NCBI GenBank assembly: GCA_003731685.1
Contig: RCNO01000004.1
Location: forward strand, 2,222 to 66,221
Direction: 5' to 3'
DNA: 64,000 bases
Source of the DNA: Bacteroidetes/Chlorobi group bacterium MS-B_bin-24
GTDB lineage: Bacteria > Bacteroidota > Ignavibacteria > Kapaibacteriales > UBA2268
A model generated the notes under the pieces. That model searched no databases, was not told the origin of the DNA, and worked only from the letters and a program-made list of their open reading frames with translations. Numbering within the stretch: position 1 is the first letter of the stretch; every line of letters begins with the position of its first letter. This document shows positions 11,184 through 20,234 of the stretch, piece after piece. A program made the translations under genes and the position numbers.

Positions 11184-12499
11184 TCAACAATTTTGCCGAA
11201 CAATGTCGCGCAAGTTGAGTTAGTAATCTTCACGCGAATCAATTCGCCAGTAGCCACATTTCGTTTTGGTTCGAAAATTACAACTTTGTTTGTATCGGTT
11301 CTTCCTTGCCATTTCGTTTTGTCTTTTTTCGATGGTCCTTCGGCTAAAACTTCGTGGATTTTGTTATGCTCAGTTTCGTTAATTTCTTTTGAGATTTTGT
11401 TTTGCAGGTCGATGATTTCGTTGAGCCTACGGATTTTTTCTTTGTCTGGAACATCGTCGGGCATTTTGTAGGCTTTTGTATGTTCCCGAGGCGAGTAGCG
11501 GAACATATAAGCCCCGTCGAAACGGATGATTTCTAATGCTCGGAGCGTGGCTTGGTGGTCATCTATTGTTTCGGTTGGAAATCCTGCAATAATATCGGTA
11601 GAGAGAGCACAATTGGGCATAAGACTGCGTATTTTCTCAATCCTACCAAGGTAATGTTCAAATGTATAGTTCCTGCCCATTAGTTCCAAAATCCTGTTGG
11701 AACCGCTTTGTATTGGCAAGTGTATGTATTTACAAATGTTGGAGTATTCTGCGATTGTTTCGATTAGTTTATCGCTCATATCTTGTGGGTGCGAGGTTAC
11801 AAAACGAATTCTCATTTTAGGGACAGCAAGAGCACAGGCTTTCAAAAGGTCGGCAAAATCGGCATTCGATTGCGGACAGCGATAGCTATTTACATTTTGT
11901 CCAAGAAGTGTAACTTCTTTGTAACCTTCGTCCCAAAGCTTTTTAACTTCGTTCACAATTGAATTAAGAGGACGGGAGCGTTCTCTGCCGCGGGTGTATG
12001 GAACAACGCAATAGGTGCAGAATTTATCGCAACCACGCATAATGGAAATCCACGCCGAAATTCCTTCCTTGCGGAGAGGTTCGATATCGTCGTAGGTTTC
12101 GACTCTGGACAAACGCACTGCTATGCCTTTTTCGCCAGCAAATGCTTTCTGAATCAACTCCGGGACTTTTCGGTATTCATCGGGTCCAACCGAAAGGTCG
12201 ACAACTTGTGTTTCTTCGAGCAACTTATGGCGGAGCCGTTCTGCCATACATCCCAGAATTCCGATTACGAAAGGCTCGCCATTTTGCTTGAATTTTTTTA
12301 ATTGCGAAAGACGCTCGAAAATCTTTCGTTCAGCGTTTTCGCGCACTGAACAAGTATTCAAAAGGACAACATTTGCTTTGCGAGGGCTATCGACAAGGTC
12401 GTAGCCTGCGTTTTTCACTACTCGCGATACAATTTCTGTATCGCTTAGATTCATCTGGCATCCGTATGTTTCGATGTATACAGAAAATTTGTTTTCCAT
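11180..12499 (-). CDS. miaB: tRNA (N6-isopentenyl-A37) methylthiotransferase
   Basis: UPF0004 N-domain (YIETYGCQMN, NTCSVRE), radical-SAM CDKFCTYCVVP, and a TRAM C-terminus. Confidence 0.9.
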   Translation of the reverse strand: MENKFSVYIETYGCQMNLSDTEIVSRVVKNAGYDLVDSPRKANVVLLNTCSVRENAERKIFERLSQLKKFKQNGEPFVIGILGCMAERLRHKLLEETQVVDLSVGPDEYRKVPELIQKAFAGEKGIAVRLSRVETYDDIEPLRKEGISAWISIMRGCDKFCTYCVVPYTRGRERSRPLNSIVNEVKKLWDEGYKEVTLLGQNVNSYRCPQSNADFADLLKACALAVPKMRIRFVTSHPQDMSDKLIETIAEYSNICKYIHLPIQSGSNRILELMGRNYTFEHYLGRIEKIRSLMPNCALSTDIIAGFPTETIDDHQATLRALEIIRFDGAYMFRYSPREHTKAYKMPDDVPDKEKIRRLNEIIDLQNKISKEINETEHNKIHEVLAEGPSKKDKTKWQGRTDTNKVVIFEPKRNVATGELIRVKITNSTCATLFGKIVD

Positions 12500-12727
12500 T
12501 TTAAGTCTTTTTTAAAACACAAAATTACAAAAAAATCAGGAAATAAGATATCTTAAAAAAAGGATTTAGTTTCGACTAATTAATTTGATTGATATCCACA
12601 TTGTAACAATGGAAATAGATAAATTTATGATTTAAATTTTTGTATAATCGATTTTTTTTCATAGCTCAATGATATAGAAAACTTATTCAAAATAAATTCC
12701 ATTATTTTTAAAATTAGAATTCGATTT

Positions 12728-15466
12728 TTATTCTATGACCAATTTATGTGTATATCCGCTTTTTGTTTCACGGATAAAATACACTCCGCAGGGCAAATCC
12801 ACCTGTATTTGTTCGGCTGGATTTTGCACATTATAAGTTTGAATAACCTTTCCAGATATGTCTATCAACTCGAAAACACCACCTTTTTTGGTTTGTAAAA
12901 TAAAGATGCCGGTAGTGGGATTGGGAAATATGTACCAAAGTACTTCTATTCCCGGACAACCAATAACCGTAATATTACCCATAGCTGTTGTTTTTCCACA
13001 GCCACCGGTTAAGGTTATCGTGTAGTTAAATGTGCCACTTACCGTAGGTATCCCACTGATTGTTATGTTATCGCCTTCATATTTTCCTGTAATTCCCGCA
13101 GGCAAGCCACTAAACATTGCTCTTGTGGCTCCGGTCGTTGTGTAGGTGATGTTAGTGATAGGTGTATTGATACACACCGTTTGATTATCTGTACCCACAT
13201 CAGAAGTTAATGTTATTGTGTTGTTTGGCTTTACAGTAATGCTGCCCATTACGTTGCCACAGGTACCCTTTAAGGTTACCGAGTAATTAAATGTGCCGCT
13301 TGCCATTGGTATCCCGCTTATGGTGATGTTACCATCCGCATAATTGCCTATAACCCCGGGAGGTAAGTCAGTGAACGTAGCTCCAGTAGCTCCGGTCGTA
13401 GTGTAGGTAATGTTTGTGATAGGTGTATTGATACACACCGTTTGGTTATCAGTGCCCGTTGCTGAGGTTAATGTTATTGGGTTGTTGTTTGGTTTTACGG
13501 TAATGGTGCCATTAGCAGTTATTGTTTTGTTGCCACAGTCACCTGTTAAAATTATCATATAGTTAAATGTGCCGGTGTCTGTTGGTATGCCGCTTATAGT
13601 AACCTTGCCATACGAAAAATTGCCCATAACCCCAGGAGGCAAGCCACTGAACTTTGCTCTTTTGGCACCGGTCGTAGTATATGTAATGTTAGTGATAGGA
13701 GAATTGATACATACCGTTTGATTATCTGTACCCGCATCTGAGGTTAAGGTTATTGTGTTGTCTGGTTTTACAATTATTATGCCATTAGCTGTTTCGTTGC
13801 TACATCCACCGATTAAGGTTACTGTGTAGTTAAATGTGCCACTTATCGTAGGTGTACCGCTTATAGTTACAATATCATTAGCAAAACTTCCATATACTCC
13901 GGGCGGCAAACCGCTGAAGGTCGCTCCTATGGCTCCAGTCGTTGTGTAGGTAATGTGAGGAATAGGTGTATTGATACATACCTTTTGGTGGTCAGTACCT
14001 TCCCCAGAACTTAAAAAGATACTAACTATACATAACTTCAGGACAAAGATATCTCCTCCTTCTGAATATCCAGTGCCTCCGCCTCCATATCCTGTTTGAA
14101 ATGCTCCTGGGGTAACAATAAAGTCGGTTGAATTTGTAAACCCTGTCACATATGGATTCCCACTAACATCTATGACAATACCAAAACCCCTATCATTGCG
14201 ACGCCCCCCAATGTAGGTAGAATACACCAAGCCACTTCCACTCGCATTGAGCTTCGTGACAAAGACATCAGCAGCTCCACCTATTGTCGTTTGAAATGCT
14301 CCTGGGGTAACATCATAGTCGGTTGAACCAGTATAACCAGTTACATAGGCATTCCCGCTAATATCTACGGCAACTCCCCAACCAAAATCATCACCACTCC
14401 CCCCAAGGTAGGTAGAATACGCTAAGCCCCTTCCAGTCGCATTGAGCTTCGTGACAAAGGCATAATATTTTCCTCCTCCAAACGTCGTTTGAAATGCTCC
14501 TGGGGTCACATCAAAGTCGGTTGAATATGTATACCCCGTTACATACGCGTTTCCACTTTCATCTACTGCTATATCATTACCTCCATCCTCACCGCTCCCA
14601 CCAAGATAGGTAGAATACACCAAATCACTCCCACTCGCATTGAGCTTCGTGACAAAAACATCCCAAGGTCCTCCTCCATATTTCGTTTGAAATGCCCCCG
14701 GAGTAACATCAAAGTCGCCAGAATTTGTCCACCCCGTTACATAGGCATTCCCTCTGCTATCTATGGCTATACCATTACCTACATCATCACCACTCCCCCC
14801 AAGGTAGGTGGAATACACCAAGCCACTCCCGCTCGCATTGAGCTTCGTGACAAAAACATCCCATGGCCCTCCTCCATATTTCGTTTGAAATGCCCCCGGA
14901 GTAACATCAAAGTCGCCAGAATTTGTCCACCCCGTCACATAGGCATTCCCTCTGCTATCTATGGCTATACCAAAACCTCTGTCCTTACCGCTCCTTCCAA
15001 GGTAGGTAGAATACACCAAGTCGTTTCCACTTGCATTGAGCTTCGTGACAAAAATATCAGTACATCCTCCTCCATGTTTTGTTTGAAATGCTTCTGGGGT
15101 AACAGGAAAGTTGGCTGAATATGTAAAGCCCGTCACATACACATTCCCACTACCATCAATGGCTATACCATAAGCATCATCACCTTTACTTCCCCCAAAG
15201 TAGGTGGAATACACCAAGTCACTCCCACTCGCATTGAGCTTAGTGACAAATGCATTACCATATCCTCCATATTTCGTTTGAAATGCCCCCGGGGTCACAT
15301 CATAGTTGGTTGATCTTGTATATCCGGTCACATACGTATTCCCGCTACAATCTATGGTGATACCACGAACTTCATCAATATCATTTCCACCAAGGTAGGT
15401 AGAATATATTAAAGGGTCTATAATTAGTGCTTGGGTTCTATCGTAGTTTGCTAAGGTAATACTCAA
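12728..15466 (-). CDS. SBBP beta-propeller-repeat / Ig-like-repeat surface protein with T9SS sorting domain. These are the distal 912 codons of a gene split by an in-frame TGA.
   Basis: Seven approx. 66-aa SBBP-type repeats (VYSTYLGGSG.D.G.GIA.D..GNAYVTG.T.S.DF.VTPGAFQT), four approx. 83-aa repeats (GTDNQTVCINTPITNITYTTTGA...) and a Por_Secre_tail-like C-terminus. It is in the same frame as ORF 15500-16180, with only TGA 15500-15502 between them. Confidence 0.8.
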   Translation of the reverse strand: MSITLANYDRTQALIIDPLIYSTYLGGNDIDEVRGITIDCSGNTYVTGYTRSTNYDVTPGAFQTKYGGYGNAFVTKLNASGSDLVYSTYFGGSKGDDAYGIAIDGSGNVYVTGFTYSANFPVTPEAFQTKHGGGCTDIFVTKLNASGNDLVYSTYLGRSGKDRGFGIAIDSRGNAYVTGWTNSGDFDVTPGAFQTKYGGGPWDVFVTKLNASGSGLVYSTYLGGSGDDVGNGIAIDSRGNAYVTGWTNSGDFDVTPGAFQTKYGGGPWDVFVTKLNASGSDLVYSTYLGGSGEDGGNDIAVDESGNAYVTGYTYSTDFDVTPGAFQTTFGGGKYYAFVTKLNATGRGLAYSTYLGGSGDDFGWGVAVDISGNAYVTGYTGSTDYDVTPGAFQTTIGGAADVFVTKLNASGSGLVYSTYIGGRRNDRGFGIVIDVSGNPYVTGFTNSTDFIVTPGAFQTGYGGGGTGYSEGGDIFVLKLCIVSIFLSSGEGTDHQKVCINTPIPHITYTTTGAIGATFSGLPPGVYGSFANDIVTISGTPTISGTFNYTVTLIGGCSNETANGIIIVKPDNTITLTSDAGTDNQTVCINSPITNITYTTTGAKRAKFSGLPPGVMGNFSYGKVTISGIPTDTGTFNYMIILTGDCGNKTITANGTITVKPNNNPITLTSATGTDNQTVCINTPITNITYTTTGATGATFTDLPPGVIGNYADGNITISGIPMASGTFNYSVTLKGTCGNVMGSITVKPNNTITLTSDVGTDNQTVCINTPITNITYTTTGATRAMFSGLPAGITGKYEGDNITISGIPTVSGTFNYTITLTGGCGKTTAMGNITVIGCPGIEVLWYIFPNPTTGIFILQTKKGGVFELIDISGKVIQTYNVQNPAEQIQVDLPCGVYFIRETKSGYTHKLVIE
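14641..15036 (-). repeat. Two near-identical 198-bp tandem coding repeats inside the SBBP gene
   Basis: The copy at 14641-14775 and the copy at 14839-14973 differ at only about 3 positions by eye. The period is 198 bp, which is 66 codons. Confidence 0.85.
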
Positions 15467-15499
15467 TTGACCGTTCTTCCGTACAAACCAGCTCTTTAT

Positions 15500-16180
15500 T
15501 CACTTTTTGTCTTTCTCTTGATAAGTTTTCAACTCTGCAATGGCAACTTCGCCAAATCTTGTTGTAAATACCAAATTGCCTTGACTGTTTATGTAAGTCT
15601 TATCACTGCCTTCTAAATTAAATACAATTTTTGATGGATCCGCTCCGGGATGTACAATATAATCATAACGCAAACTGCCTTTGTCAAAATAATAGCGTAT
15701 GTCTATGCCTTTGTAAACATCCTTTACTATGGCTTCTTTGTAAAGTCCTACAAATGAGGCATATTTGCTCGGGTCATTTCCAATGAAATAGTTATAATAA
15801 CCTTCCAGCTTCTCTTTGCCTTCTCGAACAGGACTTTCATTGTGACCCTGTAACTTCATTAACACACGATGTCCAAGCAGAATGTAATCTTTGTGCTCAA
15901 ATTTGTCAGGCAAACGACGCTCACTCTGTTGTGAGGATGGAACTTCTTCTAACTTGAAAAAAGTGTAATTTACACCATACTTCGTTATCCATACATCCAA
16001 ACCGCCCAAGCGTGCTAAAAATAACACATCCGGGTGCCACTGTCCTTTGTTTTCGATGAAGAAATTCCGCCCAACTTTATTGAGCGCATTTTGAGCAACT
16101 GCTGAAACGGTTGGCGATTGAGCAGAAGCAATGTTAAACACAATGGGCAATACAATGATTATGTAGTATAATTTTTTCAT
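15500..16180 (-). CDS. Signal peptide plus conserved N-terminal domain of the same SBBP-repeat protein gene. This proximal fragment ends at the in-frame TGA.
   Basis: MKKLYYIIIVLPIVFNIASAQ signal peptide. The ORF stops at TGA 15500-15502, and reading continues in frame (IKSWFVRKNGQLSITLANYDRTQALIIDPLIYSTYLGG) into ORF 12728-15466. Confidence 0.7.
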   Translation of the reverse strand: MKKLYYIIIVLPIVFNIASAQSPTVSAVAQNALNKVGRNFFIENKGQWHPDVLFLARLGGLDVWITKYGVNYTFFKLEEVPSSQQSERRLPDKFEHKDYILLGHRVLMKLQGHNESPVREGKEKLEGYYNYFIGNDPSKYASFVGLYKEAIVKDVYKGIDIRYYFDKGSLRYDYIVHPGADPSKIVFNLEGSDKTYINSQGNLVFTTRFGEVAIAELKTYQEKDKK

Positions 16181-16531
16181 AATTTAAGTAGAAATCATTA
16201 ACGAATTTATTAATTTTTTCGATTACATCCAAATATTTTAGTTTCATATTCACAATGTATCAATCGCAATTCAAACAATTTTAGGATTTAAGTTTCTGTT
16301 TCGGTTGAGAAATTAAATAATGGAATTTGCTCATTAAAATCCTTTCTAAATTTTAATTTGAAAATTTACTACATTTTTCTCTATTGTTAATGCAATTCAC
16401 GAATTGGTCTTAAAAAAGATGCCTTTTTGGGCAACAAAAGATTTCGTCAAAAGATGTAGCATAAGTGGCAAACCCGTAAGAACAGGAGGTGAACATACAG
16501 GTTCGCCCCTATGAGAATTTGTAATTTTTTC

Positions 16532-16569
16532 AGACATCGGATGTTTCGTAAACATCCGATGTCTTTTTG
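16532..16569 (+). terminator. Strong rho-independent terminator on the plus strand with no annotated gene upstream
   Basis: Perfect 15-bp stem AGACATCGGATGTTT / AAACATCCGATGTCT with a 3-nt loop, followed by TTTTTGT. On the minus strand the hairpin is followed by an A-run instead, so it works in one direction only. Confidence 0.65.
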
Positions 16570-16696
16570 TTATGAATTCCGTCGAGGTTACGAAGGAAAG
16601 TTTTCGGTCAGGCCACCAAATAATTTAATAGATTGTAGTAACGAATAATTATTCGCTCCTACAACTTAGGTGGATTAAATTGAGTAATTACAAAAA

Positions 16697-19033
16697 TTAA
16701 TCAATAATAAAAGTTTTGAATTTAATTGTATTGCCTAAGGTAGCCACAATGATATAAATGCCTTTTGAAAAGGCTGAAACATCCGTCCAAACTTCTGCTG
16801 AGTAATTATTCAACTTTACAATACTAAAGGAACGAATTTCTGCCAATGCTCTACCGGTTAAATCGTAAATATTAAATCTAACTTGGCTAATATCGTATTT
16901 TTGGTTCCAAAATATTTTAAACCGAATAACTTTCGAAGTTGGATTAGGATATGGTTCAGTTATACTTATATCTGGAATATAAGGTGGTTCAGAAGGTATG
17001 TTAATACTGTCGCAAGTTTTGCATTTTGCGATGAATAGAGCATCCGATTTAAATAGACTATCGTATGCAACAAACGCAAAAATTGAATCGCCAATAACAC
17101 CTGTCAAACCGGAATTAAATAATCCTGTATATGGGAAAATTTTCGGAGGGGAGAAACGCCTAAAAGTATAGTTGTATAACTTTGCACTGGGCTTTAATGA
17201 ATCAATTGGAATAAATTTTACACTACCATTTAAATCAAAGAGTGCAATTTGTCTTTTAATTTTAATTGCAAAAGAAGGAGAAAAATTGTCGGTTTGTAGA
17301 ACCTCGATTAATTGTCTTGTTTTAATATTAAAAGCTAACAATGTGATTATTCCAGATGAACTAGGGAATTTCTGGAAAGAACTAAAAGTTAAAAGTAAAA
17401 TTGTGTCAATTCGATTAACATTTGAAAGATCGGTCGAAAAAAATCCCGGCACTTTGAAAAGAAAACAAGTATCTTTTTCCCAGTTCAGGGCGGTATCGCG
17501 AGAGATGTATAAACAATAAAGATTGGGATTGTTTTGGGTTGTGTCGTTGCCAATTGCATATAGTGAATTGTCAATATTGAAAAGGTAGTAGAACAAAAGC
17601 TTTTTAAAATAAGTTATTCTTTGAAACTCCAAATCGGGGGTAATTTTGTCAAAAATTAAATAACCACCAAGTATGACGCTAATGGTTACAAGTATTACCG
17701 AAGAGTCAAATTTTGTAAGTAGCGGAAGGTTAGTGCTAAAATGTTGGAAACCTTTTAAAGGCTGGATTTCAATAGTTTCACCACCATCTTTGGTTTTTGC
17801 TATTTTATCGAGGTTGTCACTTTGAGCGATGAAAAAACCTTTGTTTGCGTCAAGAAAAAATATGAAATTACCTGGATAAAAGGGATTTTGAAAAGGCTGA
17901 AAAAGGTAGGAAGTATCGTAATTTTTCTGAGGTAACCATATTACACCCCCATTATTGGTTGCAAAAAACCTTGCATAGGGAGCAATTGAGCGGAAATGCA
18001 AAGTATCGAGCAGAAAAAAGGTCGAAAATTCGTTGAGCAAAGATTTTAATGTCCAATTTATTCCACCGTCGTAAGAAATGTAAATTAGTTTCCCATCGCC
18101 TACTACTATTAAAGTGTCGTTTGTAATGAAGTTTAAGTTCTTTAACTTAATGTTCCAGATATAACGGTCGTTGAATGGAGTTTTCAATAATATGAAATTT
18201 TGATTTTGTTTATCGTACTTTCCAAAATACAAGGAATCCAAATGTAAAGATTCGAATTTTTTTGAGTAAATTTGATAAATATTATCGTTCCGAGCAAAAA
18301 AGGCAGAATTTTTGACAGATTCAGGCGAATATAGAAATTTTATGGTTCTATATTTTAAATCATATTCATATAATTTCTCTTCGACAAAGAAATAGAGTGA
18401 GTTCACTTTGTCCGAAAAGAAGCCATAAGGAATAGGGCAATTGGTACAAATACCCAAAGAGTCCAAATTCAAAGTTCCAATTGTACTATCGGTTAGGCTT
18501 AAAAAATTGATTACGCCTTTATATGAGGAATAAAATAATGTTTTCCCAACAAGTTCTGTCGAAAATTTTAGCGTATCCCAATCCCAGTTATATAAAATTT
18601 GTTTTTGTAGGTTTTGGTTAATTTTCCAAAGTCCTTTGTTCGAAACAATTAAGATATTGGAGTCGAGATTGAAAATTCGGTAGAATCTAAATTCGTTCCC
18701 AAAGTCAACCAAATTCCAACTTACCCCGTTATTGAAAGAGTAAATAAGATATTTTGCGTCAGAAATACCATAGAAAGAAGTTCCTATATGAACCATTTCC
18801 AAAATATTTAAAGAATCGTTTAAATTTATTTGTTCCCAGTTTTGTCCAATATCTTTTGAGCGTAGGATAACCCCGCCGTCGCCATAAACAATTAGGGCGT
18901 TGCCATTATAATCCGAACCATTAAAGTTTGCAGAGATTCGTTTAATCTCGAATTGTTTATAGAAATCCCAATCGGATGAGGTTAGGGGATAATTGATTAC
19001 AACAACTAATAAAGCAATAATCATTGCTAACAT
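16697..19033 (-). CDS. Secreted BNR-like repeat protein with T9SS C-terminal sorting domain (778 aa)
   Basis: Degenerate SxDxGxxW motifs (SKDIGQNWE, SFNNGVSWN, SYDGGINWT, TKDGGETI) and a C-terminal PNPTSKVIRF...GIYIIVATL tail. An extended hairpin at 16612-16672 lies just downstream of the stop. Confidence 0.75.
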   Translation of the reverse strand: MLAMIIALLVVVINYPLTSSDWDFYKQFEIKRISANFNGSDYNGNALIVYGDGGVILRSKDIGQNWEQINLNDSLNILEMVHIGTSFYGISDAKYLIYSFNNGVSWNLVDFGNEFRFYRIFNLDSNILIVSNKGLWKINQNLQKQILYNWDWDTLKFSTELVGKTLFYSSYKGVINFLSLTDSTIGTLNLDSLGICTNCPIPYGFFSDKVNSLYFFVEEKLYEYDLKYRTIKFLYSPESVKNSAFFARNDNIYQIYSKKFESLHLDSLYFGKYDKQNQNFILLKTPFNDRYIWNIKLKNLNFITNDTLIVVGDGKLIYISYDGGINWTLKSLLNEFSTFFLLDTLHFRSIAPYARFFATNNGGVIWLPQKNYDTSYLFQPFQNPFYPGNFIFFLDANKGFFIAQSDNLDKIAKTKDGGETIEIQPLKGFQHFSTNLPLLTKFDSSVILVTISVILGGYLIFDKITPDLEFQRITYFKKLLFYYLFNIDNSLYAIGNDTTQNNPNLYCLYISRDTALNWEKDTCFLFKVPGFFSTDLSNVNRIDTILLLTFSSFQKFPSSSGIITLLAFNIKTRQLIEVLQTDNFSPSFAIKIKRQIALFDLNGSVKFIPIDSLKPSAKLYNYTFRRFSPPKIFPYTGLFNSGLTGVIGDSIFAFVAYDSLFKSDALFIAKCKTCDSINIPSEPPYIPDISITEPYPNPTSKVIRFKIFWNQKYDISQVRFNIYDLTGRALAEIRSFSIVKLNNYSAEVWTDVSAFSKGIYIIVATLGNTIKFKTFIID

Positions 19034-19062
19034 TTTTACACCTTTTAAAAATTGAACAATTG

Positions 19063-19099
19063 AAAAATCAGGTGGGTAAATTAGGAAATTTACCTACCC
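19063..19099 (-). terminator. Rho-independent terminator of the Cys/Trp-rich protein gene
   Basis: The minus strand reads GGGTAGGTAAATTTCCTAATTTACCCACC followed by TGATTTTTC. Confidence 0.55.
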
Positions 19100-19114
19100 T
19101 TTTAGACTAAATTA

Positions 19115-19810
19115 TCATTCAAAACAACTCCTTGCAAAACAAGTTGTTCTCCAGGTTGCCTCCCAAGTTTTACCAGGCGGTGGTATTGTAGGTTCATCAA
19201 ATGGGCAGGTTGGTGATTCTATGATTTCCCAGTTATTAAATAATATTATAATTTCTGGGGGAACTTTAGAATAATCGATGCAAGCAACATATTCATGTAA
19301 GCATTTTCCTCGCTCGGTCTTGCAAGATCTTAAAATAAGAAACCAATCTTCTTCGTTGGGGTATTTTGTGAAATGATAATTTTCCCAGTACCAACACGAG
19401 GGGATATATTCTTTAACATTAATTTGTGGTGGGGTTGGCAATTCATCACAAGACGGTAAATTTACATTACAATTTTTTATTGCATCAATTAAAATTATAG
19501 TATCTGCCCACAAGCGAAATGTATTCCATTCATTAGGTGGTGGCTGGCATTCACAACCATACCCCAAACAATAAAACCAGAAAGAAGATACTTCATATTT
19601 TAATTGGAGACTAATCTCATCCCAATAACAACAATATTCTATTCCTATTTTTGCACAACTCCAGTTATGGCCTCTTGGTAGCCAAGTTTCGGGTCCAACC
19701 CAAACTATGTGCCTGGTATAAGGCGGGGGGCATTCATCAGAGTTTTGTCCAAATAAAAAGTTTGTAAAGGCTAAACAAATTAAGACTATTAATAACTTTA
19801 TTTTTTTCAT
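19115..19810 (-). CDS. Small secreted Cys-, Trp- and Pro-rich hypothetical protein (231 aa)
   Basis: Signal peptide MKKIKLLIVLICLAFTNFLFGQ. Many Cys and Trp residues and several PP(P) motifs. It has its own terminator and no T9SS tail. Confidence 0.6.
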   Translation of the reverse strand: MKKIKLLIVLICLAFTNFLFGQNSDECPPPYTRHIVWVGPETWLPRGHNWSCAKIGIEYCCYWDEISLQLKYEVSSFWFYCLGYGCECQPPPNEWNTFRLWADTIILIDAIKNCNVNLPSCDELPTPPQINVKEYIPSCWYWENYHFTKYPNEEDWFLILRSCKTERGKCLHEYVACIDYSKVPPEIIILFNNWEIIESPTCPFDEPTIPPPGKTWEATWRTTCFARSCFE

Positions 19811-20234
19811 AATCCCTCCTTTTAGTTTTTTAAAAATATTATTGTTTTTTGTTGTTTTTAATTTTTGTTCAAAGGTTTTTGGTGTTTGTTTTTAAACAAT
19901 GGGTGGCGAACGAGACTTAGTAACTAATAGGAAATAAACTAAATTTTTTGGATTTATCCAAACTAAATACACTTTCTTTCTACTATTGAGTAAATGAGTT
20001 TTACTATAAGAAAATACGTTAATGGAAAAAATTCGTTGAAATATATAGAGAGAGTGGCTTGATAAGTAACTCCGCCAAGGCATTAAAGATACCAAATATT
20101 TAAAACGCAAAATTACAAAAAATTTTCATAAAAACAAATTTTTTTTATTAACAAAACATTAACAATACTTTAAACAAAAACAAATACTACTTGGGGAATT
20201 TTGAATGTTGTAATGTTTAACATTTTGGTTTACT

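Noticed and set aside
12960-15450. Periodic repeats that could be mistaken for a CRISPR or other non-coding array
   Set aside because: The periods are 198 bp and about 250 bp, and they lie inside one long ORF. The repeats translate into SBBP and Ig-like protein repeats. There is no short repeat/spacer structure.
15500-15502. Alternative genetic code (TGA read as Trp or Gly, code 4 or 25) as the explanation for the three in-frame TGAs (15500, 55022, 55527)
   Set aside because: TGA terminates several well-conserved genes at their expected C-termini, often with coupled overlaps. Examples are SuhB/DapF (GGAATTTGA overlapping the dapF start), DapF/RecG (TGATG), SDR/DUF123, nfnA/nfnB (ATGCCTGA), and the T9SS tail ending at 438. 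Reading through the SDR stop would add about 24 non-homologous codons. The standard code 11 fits best.
19892-20110. 72-aa ORF in the intergenic region upstream of the TonB-dependent receptor
   Set aside because: It has no RBS, a non-protein-like composition, and lies in an AT-rich promoter region. It is probably spurious.
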